Shown: positions 1-14,027, counted from the first letter of the stretch. The stretch: 64,000 bases of DNA from Lingula anatina (GCA_051362555.1 CM120648.1:8738587-8802586); one strand, 5' to 3'. The notes: a model not told the origin generated them from the sequence alone. A program made the numbers and translations.

Positions 1-257
1 TTCCCAAAATATCTGTAAACCACATCAAGTTCCCCCACCCCTTTATACTAGGTTTAATTTCATGATGAATGTTCAAGGACAAAACCTAATAATTATTCCT
101 TCTTGTAAAAATCTACAAATCTTTTTTGTAACACAGTGATATAGGTTGATAAATCAGAAAAGGAAAATCTGACTTATACAGAGAAAAACACACCCACGTG
201 GTGGTGAAAATACACAAGGTAACAATAAGAAAACTTGACATGCTGTGATCTACTCAC

Positions 258-3200
258 TGTTGCTTTCAGGGCTCTGACGGCCTGCTCGCCACTGAAACCC
301 ATGGACATAATCATGGCCAGGCCTTCCTCACTCACGGCAAAGTCATCTCTCTTGGGTTGCCCCAGAACTTGAAGAGGCTCAGCAAAATCTAGGTGAAAAG
401 AGGAAAGTGTTCTTCACACCAAAGGCGCTTGACTACATACCTTGAAAAAAGTCTGATGCCCATATGACATATGGTTACAAATTAAGAATGGATATAATAA
501 GTCATACTGGTAATTCTAGAAATCATGGCTGGATGTGATAGGAGAGAATAGGAAAAAAAGATGAATTAGTGTGTCACTAAAATAAGGCATATCTTGGTCT
601 TCTTAATATTCTTTATCTAGTTAAACACACACACACACACACTATCACATGAGAGAGAGAGCGAGTAAGAGAAAGCCATGAGATTTGGGTGAGAGAGAGA
701 GAGAGAGAGAGAGGACAAACCTTGATCGTCCATGTGTTGCATGACCCAGTTCATAGCTGACTCCACCCCTGTGTTATTAGTATAGTACACGGCCTTCCTG
801 CAGGCATTGGCAGGAAACCCCATGTCTGCCAGCTGTTGCACCACAGCTTCATCCACTGTCACTGAATGGTGTACAAATAAATACATCTTCATTCATCATT
901 GTCAGCTTTAACCCAAATGTTATAGAATAACAGGCAACAGGCCCATTCAAATGTTTAATCTGTCGCTTTTGGTTGACACTAATGCATGTGCCAAGAAAAC
1001 TGCAGAGATGCAGTTTCTGGATTAACTCCTTCACGTTAATCTGAATGAAATAATATGCCTAACAAGCTGAGCTATAAAATTCACTGAAAAGACTTCTAAA
1101 AGAACTGATTTAAGGATAGTTGGAATTTCTAATCATGTAACATTTGAAAATATCATTTTAAAACATACCTACTAAGTAATACTGAAATGAATTTCAATGT
1201 AAAAATGTGCAAACATAATAGACAGCTTCTAACCTTTTTCACTCTGATCTCCAGCTTCCTCAGGCAGCTCTTCCTCTCCTGGCTGACGACCTTGACCTCT
1301 CAGGTCACTAAGGTCAAGGTCATCTGGGATATCAACAGAGACATCTGGAACACAGCGTATATGATTGTCAGTGTTAATTTTTAAAAAATTATTTTGATAA
1401 GAACATAACACCATAGTATACCTACACATGATTATGTCAATTTGGACATTTTGACAACTTACTTGTAAATCTCAATGAAAAATGTAATTATTAATCTCTC
1501 AATGTAATAACATTAATAACAATGCAGACATATTTTGAAAATATGCTAGATAGATGCAAAATAAATAACTGTAATTTATCTGTATTTCATTTCCATATTT
1601 TTCACCATTTATATCTAAATAATAAAGAACATTATTGTATAGCAAATAACTCAGAAACACATATTATTGCAGAACAATATGGAGATTGCAAATCAAAACA
1701 GAGGATAGAAATCCTCAAGAGCATCTAAACATTATCAACTTCATCTCACTTCTTACCTAACTTCTTTGGTACCCAGTCATCCCCTATTGTGAATTTCTTC
1801 AGCTGTATGATCAAATAATCTGGAAATGTGGACAACCGCGTCATTCTGAAATTGGAAAACATGTTGTATACTGTGACAAGTTATGCTGAAAACACTGTCA
1901 GCAAGCAGAAGGTTGGCTGGTAAAGTATTAGCTTATTCCTATATCACAAAAAAAATCTACATTTCTGTTTCAAACAATAATTTATTAATATTTACTTCTT
2001 TTTTTATTGGTTACTGACTTAAATTAATTTATTTCAAGCTTAATTCAAATTGAATGAATATATTTATATAGAAACTCGCAGTCTTTAGTTACATTCAAAT
2101 GTGAAAATTGTATAGCTTCATTCTTGTTTAGCTAAATATTAATATGTAATCCTACCTTCACATTATAAGAAAAAATCTGTTATTTGACTGAATTTTTCAG
2201 ATGTGCTGGATGATTTTAGAGGATGCAATTATGCTTCATAACTGATATACAAATATAAAAGTGAAAACAAGCAGAATATATCAGTTTTACATACTTCTGG
2301 GCCACTGATTTGGCCTTGAGAGCAGTGCTGTAAAAGTCATCAACCATTTCCTGGGCAGCAAAGGCTTCTATACACGACTTCAGAGGAATCTTTGGCCTGA
2401 CTAGCTCTTTAGGGTCACTGAAACACCACCGCATAATGTGTTATTTTTGAGAACTAAAAAAATGCTACAGCCAATCTACACTTCTTCACTGTCATTAAAG
2501 AGATGCAAATTTAAAGATAAGCTTTAAGGATTTCAAGAAATAATTCTAGAGTATCAATACTAGACTTAATTGCTTTTAGAAGAAGTAGTAAATTGAACGA
2601 TGTTATTTGTTTTTAAAATATGTAAAAAAATGTATTTTTTAGAGTATCATATCTTACAGTCTGTCACCGCTAGCCTCTACTTCCTTCCGTTTTGATTCAT
2701 ATGCTGCAAATTCATCTGAAAGTGGAAGGTAACCTCAATACTTGGAAAAGTGACGATGCACAAGTTTTTGAAAAGTTAGCTGGGACTGATCAAAAAGTAA
2801 ACTTTGTGTTTGAAAATGTCTAATTAATCTTGATAAGAGCACAGAAAAAGTATAAGAAAAAAAGAGCTCAGCACCTTAACAAACTTTAATTAATCTCTTA
2901 TGTTACCTTTGTTGACTAAGGCATCCAGTGGGATGGGTAAAGCTAGAATGTAATCTGCCCTCTTTGTATATTTAACTTTCTGGCTTTGTATACACTTGAT
3001 TCTCTCCTCTACCTCAAACCTAAAGCAATCACATGGATTGGAAGAGTTACGACTGTTTCTCTGAAAAAGAAAGGTGAACAGACTTCCTTATTTTTCCAAA
3101 AAAAAAAAATTAATTCTTCTTATAATGCAAGTTGTTACACAATGAAAGCAATATATGAAAAAAAAAATGTTCATTATCTATTTATGTTTTTCAAAAACTA

Positions 3201-6200
3201 CTGATTTTACATGCTTGTTTTAAATTTCTGATGTGCTTACACTGATATCTTAGAATCCTATAAATGAACAATATGCATTTTGAATTCAGTGAAATTTGTT
3301 ACATGTTAAGGAATGTTATAAACATTACCTCTATCACTGATATTAAGTGTAGTAGAAATTCTTGTGCATCTTGCTGCCTCTTAGTGGAGAATTCAGGATG
3401 TCCTTGCCCTATTAAGTTCTTAAACATGTGTGGACGAATCCCATTTGGTTTCTGCAAGGGAACACAAGCATATTATTATTTTTTTTATTCCATAGCAAAA
3501 AACTTAAATCTTACAACAGAATCAAAACCAGCAATATGGACATTTAAACCAGTAAATCACACATATACACACCCACTTTCTCTCAGTATAAGTATATTTA
3601 GGTATAGTAGTACACGTAAAAAAAAAATAAAGATTGATCTGTAGTATTTCTTTTTCACCTAACACTTCAATTTGACACACCAGCACAATTTTGTCATTTC
3701 AAACATTTCTGGAAAGTTATGCTCACAAATTTACACTCACACTATCACTGACAATTTCCAATGTCATATGCTAGTATACTTACTACAACTTTTATTCCAT
3801 TGCTGTCTTCAGGCTCCTCTGGCTTAGAATAATCACCAGACAATAGACCATGGCCAAGTTTGGCCCTAATAAAAAATGAAATTCACTGTATAAAATGTCA
3901 TCAAATGTTAACTTTTAATCTAAAGACAAGCAAACTGATATGCTTTACAGTATGTAAACAGCTATGGTAGTATTATATTTACTAAATGATTTGGCCACTT
4001 TCTCATCATGTCAAGAAAGTGCATGAAATTTCACCAAAAATTGTGCCAAAGGTAATTTTTTCTCTTATGCTTTTACTACTGGCAAATTGTTTTAGCACAG
4101 ACACTTTCCAATCCATGAACCTATTTGATTAACAAACTATAAAATCTTCCAGATCTTTCAAGCCTCCATACTTACATCTGAACATTAAAATCACTGGTTG
4201 GGTCTAATGGGGCACTGTCATAGTAGCTCTCAGCTTGGTCTGCATATCTATGAAAATTAGAGCAAAATTTTTAAAATTATGTTTCACAACAAGCTTTTTT
4301 GTGAAAATGCGCCTCAAACATACAACTCTATGTAAAAAACAGCAGATTTGTCTTTTTTTTTTCTTTTTGGACATACCAGAGTGGCATGAGCTGTAGCTTT
4401 CACTTTCTGAAGTTGAAAATCTTTGATAAAGCATTGTGAAATACAGTGGTCCTAATCAAGCCTGACTGTCATATACCTTCATCTGTCGTAGGTGAAATCA
4501 AGACTTCCAGATAAAATATGCTATAGACTAGTATCCAGTTTAAGTGAGTTTGTTATATGTGAGCCCTATATCCAGTTGAGATAATATAAACATATTTCAA
4601 TCAATTTCTCTTCATCATAGCCATCTTCTTTTGGCAAATGTTATAAGCCCAGGAAAAGATTCATTAAATGTTTCAAACTGTACTCACTTCTGTTTAAACT
4701 CTGGCACGGAAAAGAGCACTTGCATGGTGGAGTTCATGTAACAGCTGTTGCCTAGGTTATGCATGCCAGTGTAACCGGAACCATAGACAGGCTCTAGCTT
4801 GCTCCCTGCTTCCTGTATGACATCCCATTCTCCTATCTTCTGGTTCAAGTCTATCTCCAGTTCTAGCATGGTTTTATCAGTCTAAAAATTATATATGTGA
4901 GGATTACCATAAAGATGAGTCTTACTTGTCAGTAATACAAAAATGAATTTAAAAAAAAAACATAAGCAATCATGCCAATGCAACTCTTTACTTCTTTTTC
5001 TGACTCATGGAGATAATGTACATTTTTCCAGTACGAAAATGATTAGGTTTGATGTTTTAAAAAAATGAATCAGATTTTCCATCTTTTATATAAAGTGAAA
5101 AAGAAAATGTCCTGACTCTTATTATTATTATGGGTCATATTACACATATAAAACAATAAACTATGGTGTCAGTCTATAACTGGACATGATACAAAATATA
5201 CCACCCTCTGCCTACCTTTTCCATGGCAGCCACATTAATACCCCAGTGAGCCAGGTGCTTGGCCAGATATGGATCTTCCACCATGTCATCTTCATCATAG
5301 GAATACACATCTAAAGGGAAACCACAATCTTAAGATAATGCAACGTATAAAAAAAAAAATACGCTCAGCAGCCACTTAATTTAGCATCATATGGCATTAT
5401 CTTTCTTTCATTTATTAATTTTTAAAACATATTATAATAGCTCAAAATAATAAGTTCAGATATGAATATGTATCAGCTCTAAGTAAAAGAACAATACCTT
5501 TAAACAGAACACTATCATATCACCAAACAAATGCTCTAAATATGATTTAATAAGCAGTTAGGCTTTGTTTAGCAAAATCTTTTACTCAGTGCTTGTTTGG
5601 CCAAAAAAAAAAAAAATTAATCATACTTTTCCTACTGGCCACATTCTGTATTAATTTAATCCAATTTAAAATACTGAGATAACTAAAACTAGATATTTGG
5701 CAAAAATAAATAAGTAAATAAATAAATACTGGTCCCAAAGTGGGCTAAGGGTAGGGTGTAAACTTAAACTTACCAGCCCCGTCTGGAGTAATAGTCCCCA
5801 GTTTCACAGCAAGAGGGTACTTGGTTTGTGCATAGTAATCAACAGCATGATTGTTTCCACCGGAACCATCAAAGAATTTACGTCCACACAAGATGGCGCC
5901 ATCAGTCAAGTTGAGCCAGAGGTTTGAGGTCAGATCACACATTTCGCATTTCCAACCTTTGGGAGGGATCTTTTTGCCATTGTCTAGTTGCACTAAGTTT
6001 TCAGCATGTCTAGCACAAATATGGGAAAAATATCAAATACAGTGCTAAGTCTAAAATGCTTGTTTTAGCCTATCAGCATAAAATGTTCAGTCTTACATGT
6101 GTTCTTTCCAAACATGTAAAAAGTAAAAGGAGAGAAATTCACTTAAATTTTATATCCATGTATGGAAACTTATTACTCTGAAATATTTGGGGAATAATAA

Positions 6201-7164
6201 CCCATGGCCAAGTAGTTTAGATTTATATCTTTTAAAAAGCATCACGAACCACTCATATAAACATAATCTGCAACTCTTACTTGGATACAATTCTCTTTTC
6301 TCCTTCCCATGTTCCAGCCATGGCTGCAGCCTCTGCCAGTTTGGTAGCAGACTCTGCTGCCAACACTGCAGCAACTGACAGAGATACCTGTAACAAACAG
6401 CAATTTGACGGAACATTTCATATGTAACTAAACAGTTCATGGATTTCCTATTAGTAGTACTGTTTAAAACTACTGTAAAAGACAACCGTCTGGATACTGT
6501 AATCAAACTGGTCTTACATATTTCTCTATATTTATTTTTTTAATAATTTTACACTGTTTATTTAATATACATATACTGAAAATAGCATAATTATTTAATT
6601 ATCATCATCATTATAACTAGAGTCTGCGTTGTAAGCCTTTTGCTCTTCTTAGCCAGGAAAATTTTGTATGGACCAACAGACTTTTCACAATGTGTGAATT
6701 TATTGGTCAAATATGGCCATTAAACTTTTTTTTTTAAGTTTTCAAAATAGATTACAGTTTGATCTAACTTTTCTGAAATGTAACTGCAACATGATTTTAT
6801 TTTTAAAAGGAAGTTTGAAAAAATCAAGGTCTTGTTATCACTAATATTAATGCAATAGAGGAAAATGGCCAGTCTTATTGAAACTTTAATTTCGGAATGG
6901 CCAGTCTTCTTGAAACTTTAAGTTCGGACCAGTGAATCCTGTTTCAATACTAGGATAGTGTTGCTCCGTATGGCCAGTAAACCATAAGGATCAACAACTC
7001 TTCAATTTATGTTGTTATTATTACATAATCGGTTTTAATACCATGTCAGGGATCTCTGTATTGGGAAGTGGAATCTTGGTCCAGTCTGGCAGGACCACCA
7101 CAGAGTTGTGTTCTTCAAAATCATACTTCTTCTCATCCACTGCAAATCCTCCTTCAACACCTTA

Positions 7165-7206
<42 letters not shown>

Positions 7207-8223
7207 GATCAATTGTACATTAAAAATATTTTGAATACAAATGTGAAATATATTGACTATTCAAAAAGAGTAGCTAGTTCATTTTACTCCTACATATAAT
7301 ATTATATTACAGATTTAGTAAACAATTTTCTAAATGTTAATATTAACTGGGACTACAATTACCGTAATTCCTTTAATAAAAAGAAAAAAGACCCTTTTTT
7401 AATTCTTTCAATGAACAGAAAAAGACAGAGTTTTATATGATAAAATGTTCTAATAAACTCTGAACCTAAAACTTTCACACAAATTCTTTCATTTCAATTT
7501 CAAGCAAGGGTCCTCTCTGTGTTAATGGTTCAATCTCCCCTGACAAACACACACACACACACACACACACACAAACCTATGGCAAGCTTGGTAGGCTTCT
7601 TTTTCTCAGGTTCTTCATCTGACTTGGGAAGCTGTAACAAGATAAAATAGAATACATGGAAATGTTTTATATTCATTACTCAAATACAGGGCTATCACTT
7701 GTAAAATATCAATGACAAGTGTCACTGTAATTGGCTCCTGGGACAACCCATTTCCAGAAATCCATTATTAATTTTAATCAAAGTGGATGTGTCTTCACAT
7801 ACCTCTCTTTTTATCCTTCTCAAATGAAGGAAAACTGCATTCCCAGTCTTGCGAAAATACCTCTCAACGTGTCTTCTTCCGAATCCCAGGAAAGAATTAA
7901 GACAAACATAGAGTCCTGTCTCTGATTCCTTTGAAAATAAGAACAGATGATAGAGAACAATCCACCATTCCATGCAGACATGAATGGAAGTAGATAACAA
8001 CACAAACTTCATTCTTCAATAACATTTTGCCGGCCCAAATAACTACAACAAATTTACGGATCCTGAGGACAGCACTCGTAATCTATATAAAGAGAAAATT
8101 ATAACGGTTTATTTGCATACTTACTGGATTATCGAATGAGAAAACACATTCATCTTTGTAGACTTTTTCGCCTCCTGATGGGATGCGAATCTTTGACAAA
8201 TGCTGCATCATGGAGGCCGCCAT
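258..8223 (-). CDS. USP5: Ubiquitin carboxyl-terminal hydrolase 5 (isopeptidase T; USP5/USP13 co-orthologue), 3'-partial
   Basis: Frame-consistent GT-AG exons: 8125-8223, 7803-7928, 7577-7631, 7042-7160, 6281-6387, 5774-6009, 5216-5310, 4688-4881, 4176-4247, 3784-3865, 3329-3451, 2907-3060, 2658-2715, 2295-2417, 1757-1845, 1234-1344, 721-861, 258-388. Motifs: [12 protein letters not shown]; ZnF-UBP ([27 protein letters not shown]); Cys box [10 protein letters not shown]; QQDAQEF; UBA1 ([15 protein letters not shown]); start of UBA2 (MIMSMGFS). The gene continues off the left edge. Confidence 0.97.
7166..7203. repeat. (AAT)n microsatellite at the USP5 exon 4 acceptor
   Basis: About 12 perfect AAT units directly adjacent to the 3' splice site. 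Confidence 0.95.
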
Positions 8224-8239
8224 GTTTAAGAATGAGATT

Positions 8240-8340
8240 AGATGGCCAATCAAAGAAGCCGATTCATCAGCCATTAAATACCCTGCACTTCCTTTCAAGT
8301 TCAAACACAAATTTGATTGGCTAGAGCGCGAACTTTAAAA
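8240..8340. promoter_or_regulatory. Bidirectional USP5/CDCA3 promoter with two CCAAT boxes and a CDE/CHR-like element
   Basis: GGCCAATCA (CCAAT 8246-8250), TGATTGGCT (ATTGG 8316-8320), AGCGC-GAAC-TTTAAA (8325-8339; CDE, 4-nt spacer, CHR variant) and TTCAAA at about 8300 (TTTGAA on minus). All lie immediately upstream of the USP5 ATG and of the presumed non-coding first exon of CDCA3. Confidence 0.65.
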
Positions 8341-8933
8341 TGAGCTGAGTTTATGTTTTCAGACGGTGAAAGGTGCTCTGTAAATATTTCATTTAATGTT
8401 CCATTTATTACAGGTTTGTAAGGTAACTGCATTTTGGATTGCCTGTATGTTAAAGTAAATTTTGTTTAAGTTGTATCAAGGATATCTTTACAATCAAAAT
8501 TGTCTTTTGCATTTCAATCTGTTGTCAACATGTTAGGTTCAGTTCGATGTTTAGATCTAGCTTTGTTGATATGATTATTATGACGAGAAATGTTGGATTT
8601 GAGTTGCAATGCAAGGGTATGTTCGTTGTATTGATCTTTGTGGATTGAACTTTATACCATCTCTATCTGCACTAAGATGAATGGAACTTGAAAGATAAAC
8701 ATGAATAATCAGCATTTAGTTTAATTTACGATTAATGAAGTCCCCTACTGTACTAAATGTGGATATAAATACTGGCCCTGAAGCTGAACCCTCAATGAGT
8801 TCCAAATTTTAAAAGAAGATATCTTGTATTTGGAATTTTCATACAAATTTTATTTATTTTTTATACAGGAGTCGTCTGCAGCAGAATAAATTTTTCAAAC
8901 TGAAACACAGTCATCGTCTGCTTGTAAAACACC

Positions 8934-9728
8934 ATGGGCTCGGTGAATTCACAGGAGTTTATTGAAATATTGAATGAAGATGAAGACCAGGTTTCCCCAG
9001 CCTCAGCAGTGCCCCAGAGAGTGCTGAGAATGGACCCCAGGTCCCCCACTGTTGGGATCAACAGAACTCCTATTCAGGTATTTACTAGTAAATTGAATTT
9101 ACTAGGAGGTGAAATTGATAAGTAGATGCTAAGAGGCTACATTTTTTAATTAAGTAATAAGAAAATGCATAGTGTCTCATTCTTTAAAAAAAAAAACTTG
9201 GCTAACAGAAAACAAAAAAACTTGATCTTTCTAAACTAATTTTTATTATAGCCTAAAAATGAATTTCGTTTTAGTTAGTAGATTTAATAATTAGGTAGAG
9301 CTTACACCGTTACACGCACATACAGTGAGTTAATCTAACAAATTGAGCACTTTAGAAGCAGTGTACACCATGCCAACAAAAACAGAATATCAATTGTACC
9401 ACTGCTAGTAAATAAATAAATAAAACATCATTTCTCTAAGGTTGAGAAAACTCCAGATGCAGACTTAAACCATGTGGCTAAAACCCCACAGCAGGAGAAG
9501 AGTCTGCCGTCACACCTGGACCCCCGTTCCCCGACCACCCACATCACTCGCACACCTCTCCAGTTGGAGAAGGTCAAGCTGGCCCAGGCTGACCCCAGGT
9601 CACCCACTGTGGGCATCTGCAGGACACCACTGGTCATGGACAAGGCTGAGGGTTAGTGTTGTATAGGTCACTTGATGTTGTTGGTTTGTTAGAAATGAGG
9701 GAAAACTTTTTTGCTGAGAAATTAGTTT

Positions 9729-9785
<57 letters not shown>

Positions 9786-10979
9786 GTTCTGCTAATATTA
9801 CTTTCTGTAATGGTGAGAAACAGGATGAAGAAAATATTTTGTTTGCTTATTTATTTTTATTTATTTAATCTATTATGTATTTTTTGTATTTAATGTCATT
9901 GTTATTATTATTGATAATTTTATTGAATTTTGCTGAAAGTTTCCTCTGAATCTCATCTAGACTGAGTGACTGATTTTATTTATTATTTTGAAGTCAGTTG
10001 TAGAAATATGAGTCAGTTCAACAACATATTTAAATCAGTACTTATTCTTCCTGCTGCAGTTTTTCCTGTAGAAGATGGTGATACCCCGCTGAGCACCCTG
10101 AACCTTGACGACTCTGGTCTGGACCTCCCTCCACTAGAGCTGCCCCCTGACGAGACAGACAGCGATAATGTCACCACGCTGCTTCTCAACAGGTCTGCCT
10201 CTGAGCCTGATCTGACTTCTACACTCCCTGCCAAAACTAACTCTGGTAAGTCAGTCACTTTTATCATTTTATTTTAAAAATGGCAGTGTGATTGCCAATA
10301 TTCTAAATGTGATATTTTTTTAAATGAAAAAATTGAATTTCCAATGCATCTTATAGTTTGGCATTGCTGAAGAGAAAAAGATCAATGAAGCACTGGACTG
10401 AGTATAAACAAAATTCTTGTTTATCCTGTTTCAGTCTCATTTTCATGGTGTATGAAAAGTAATGTCTGTTGAAAAATTACATTTATGTTCTTGAAGAACT
10501 TCTAATGATTTACTTGGTAGTTTTTATACTGAATTATCAGAAACACTATCATTGTAAATTTGTTTATTAGTTATAATATTAATTTTTAGTGGTTTTTATA
10601 TTGCTTAGTCAAAGTATTTAAAAATGGAACAATTTTTTTCCACAAAGAAATTTTAACTACTCCAGTTACTCCTTTATTATGTTGTTAAAAATTGTCACAA
10701 TTATACATTATAACTTCAGGTCCAAACTCTGACAAGAAAGTCAAGCCCCTTTCTGCCAGGAAGCTAAAAAAGCGCAGCAAACCAAAATCCCTCTTCCCAT
10801 TGGACAGCTCAACGCCACCGCGATCGCCTCTGGCCTTCATAGACAGCAGTTCTCCTCGCGTCATTATGCAGAAAAAACAGCTATCCAAATTCGGACTACA
10901 CAGACACGGCAGTCAGGCACTGGGAAAATACCAACCCATCGTGGACAAGGAGAATTTGCAAAGTGAAACTAACAAGTGA
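8934..10979 (+). CDS. CDCA3: Cell division cycle-associated protein 3 (Tome-1)-like, 266 aa
   Basis: Exons 8934-9077, 9441-9651, 10060-10245, 10720-10979 (801 nt, in frame). N-terminal MGSVNS (MGxxxS), three DPRSPTxxIxRTP repeats, RSPL motif and C-terminal KEN box (DKENL), all hallmarks of vertebrate CDCA3. Acceptor at 8868 implies an upstream non-coding exon. AATAAA at about 11957. Confidence 0.88.
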
Positions 10980-12250
10980 AATGGATAGGTGTTAAGAGAT
11001 ATAGTGGGCTTAACGCAGTACAGCTTTGAGTGAACTGGACATTTGGCAATGACTTGGTATTACCCTTATAATAACCGTGAACATGATACATTGTAATGGG
11101 AAATCTTGGTCACTTTCAAGGGGCTTTACATATAACATTAACAAACATAAATTTTAAAAAAACCTTTTCCAATTTGTATGTTACATGCAATATTCCTTGA
11201 ATTCAATCATAACTTTTTTATGATTATTATTGGGGTTTGGGTGAGAGAACAAAGTCCATTTTTAAACCTTTTTCCCTCAGTTGCATTTGATAGATGAATT
11301 AATCATAAAAGAAGCCAGTAGCTGGCTAAGATTTCATGATGTGGAACTTGGATGCCTGTGAAAAGTCGGCATGTGAAAAAATGTCGGTTTTTGCCCTGAA
11401 TTTAGATATAAGAACTATAAAGGGCATAAGCTACAATGTCAAATGAACCCAAACGATTGAGATTAAATGAGAAATGTATATGTGGTGATATAGAGATCTA
11501 GGAGGATAATGGATGGAAAAATGTATTGTTAGCATGTTTGTTTTCCTGTTAGTTGGTTAATAGTTGATCGGTGATTTTTTTGTGACTTACATTAATTACA
11601 AAGAGATACTCTTAATTAATCCTCTGCAATTGTAAGCAAGAGTTATTGCCATTTCAATTTTTTTTTTTTTTTTTTTTTTTTGTATGAACATTCATGCCAC
11701 CAAATATAATGCAGCATTGTCTGTTTTTGGTACTTTGCCATTGGTTTAAAGATGGCATGATGGATGTTATGTTGTATCCATAGGGAGATGAATAATGAAG
11801 TTTTCATGTGATTGCAAATGCTTTGAAGCTACACGAGGGACCATTGTTTTTCTTTTCAAAAATGTGTTGAATATTTGTGAATTTGGTAGTGGTGTATAAG
11901 TTGAATGAAATAAGTTTGTGTTAGAATTGTGAGAGTCATTTGTGTAAAAATTTAAAAATAAAATAATCCTTCAAAAAAGATATTTGTCCATTGACTCATG
12001 AATAGGTTGACCTCGAAATTCAATTTTTAAAGCAAACTTATCTATTCCATTTTCTCTATTGCAACGGTACTGGACACTCTTGAAATAAAAAGAAACATTT
12101 TATACCAAAGGTTTATTTCCACACAGTCTAAAAACTGTTATAAACTGCAAGTTACAACAACGACAGCAAGCTTTTTGTGCGCAAATAAATACTCTGAAAT
12201 GGAAACATTGCATTGACTTCGTATCGTATGCCAATTCCTATCTGTGTCCA

Positions 12251-13433
12251 CTACCCAATAATAGTGGCCTTGCTGGTGTCCGTCAGTGGACATCCAAGAA
12301 GGTCAGCACGCATGGACACGTGGTTGTGCCACTTGACTGGGTTAATCCGGATGTACCTGGCGTTGATAGGGGGGTCAAGGAGTTGCACCTGCGGCGTGAC
12401 GGGGTTCCAGTTGGCACCAAACACCTGGAATTGCACGTTTGGGAATAATGAGCATTATCACCTGTTGATGTATGGGTTTATTAAACCATCGTATATGTAT
12501 TAGTAAATTTCAACTTTCATAAATTTCACCATTTCCCCTTCACCTTTTTCCTACGAGCGCATTATAATTCTTCGATAGGATTTGACAATATTTAAAAACT
12601 GATAAAGACTTTATAACCTCATAAAAAGCGAGCAAAAGCACTGTATTTAGTATTTGTAAGAAATTTCCATTTGGAATCTTACACAAAAGATGAATATTGA
12701 TAAAAATAGAGCTGGCGCTTGTGTCGATTATTTTTCAAATTCGCAAAGAACGATATGTTAAAATCTGACTATAACTTTTCCAAAATTCTTTAATTATATC
12801 ATCGAAATAATGAAAAATATTCTAAAGTCCATCGTATAAGCGAACATGATAAATTAATATATTTACAGACACTTAAAAACATGTTTTTTAAGTATGACCA
12901 CATCATTTGAGTCGGTCTTTTGACAGGAGGATCGAATCGCAGAGTAAAAATGAAACAATGTGTGAAAAATATATGAAAACAATTAACTGCATTATCCAGT
13001 CATTTAGATATAAACATAAGCCGTCTAAGCTTTCTTCCACCAAATAGGATGCTCACCCCTGGCTCGTAGTCGTGGTCACTATAAACGCTCATATCATCGG
13101 TTGCGTTCCCGTACTGGAGTCTGTAGGCGGTCACGTACTGCCATCTGCTTTGGTCTGTTCCATACCCTTGTCTCCCTTTGGTGATCACGCCCGTTATCTG
13201 AATGCCATAAAATTTAAAAAACAAATATTTAACAAAAATTTATGTTTGTTGCAGTTTTCCACCGTTTTCCAGCCTGAGTGTGGGAGGACACAGGAAACAG
13301 CCAGGACCTCGACCTGTCGCTTCTGCCGCTTCGAGAATCTGAAATTCAGACGCTGAAAACGGAAGAGTAATGCTAAAAATGTATACGCTTGTTTCGTATG
13401 TCTTTGATTTGCTGCCTTCTCAGCCCCCCTCCC

Positions 13434-13511
<78 letters not shown>

Positions 13512-14027
13512 GAGAGAGAGAGAGATTTCAGCAGTAATTCCCACTTTCAATCTTAAATAAAATTACCTTCCTAGAAAATCCCAGATCAAACTGCAGCCAC
13601 TGTTTATCGTCGTTGAAGTTTGCGCTCCACCCTCCGTTGCCGACCGCGTCAAGGCCTAGATCAATACGGGACCTTTGCGGAATGTGCTTCGTGTCCACGT
13701 TAACGGCCCAGGTCGAAGACGCCGTGATAGCGCTGTCTGGAACAGGGTTCTTCCCAGATACGAGCAATTCACTACATTGGCTTCCGTGAGCATGAACAGC
13801 CTGAACAGCAGCAGAAATTATTAGAAAGAAAAAGGTGAAACCGGAGAGCAAGTTTTTGGCAACCATGACGTTCACTTTTAATTTGCTCAAATTATTCTCA
13901 TCTAAATATAGCTATGTATACTTCCTCCAACCTCTTCTATTTATCTTCAAATCCTATGTACATGGTACGGATGTTGTATTCTCACGACAAGGATTATTAT
14001 GAGTAATATGGGACGTGCACCGGACAT
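12251..14027 (-). CDS. Secreted single F5/8 type C (discoidin) domain protein, about 196 aa
   Basis: Exons 13986-14027 (MSGARPILLIIILV), 13567-13800, 13057-13197, 12251-12424, all phase 0. Signal peptide ..ILVAVHA-HG. Domain motifs PDSAITASS, GGWSA..DDKQWLQFDLG, ITGVITKGR, YVTAYRLQY, ARYIRINPVKW..SMRADLLGC. AATAAA on minus at about 12112-12117. Confidence 0.88.
13436..13525. repeat. Compound (CT)n(CA)n(GA)n microsatellite
   Basis: Seen directly. Similar tracts at 624-712, 7547-7572, 20360-20410, 31061-31170 and 54801-54850; homopolymers at 9730-9784, 15759-15789 and 20584-20634. Confidence 0.95.
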
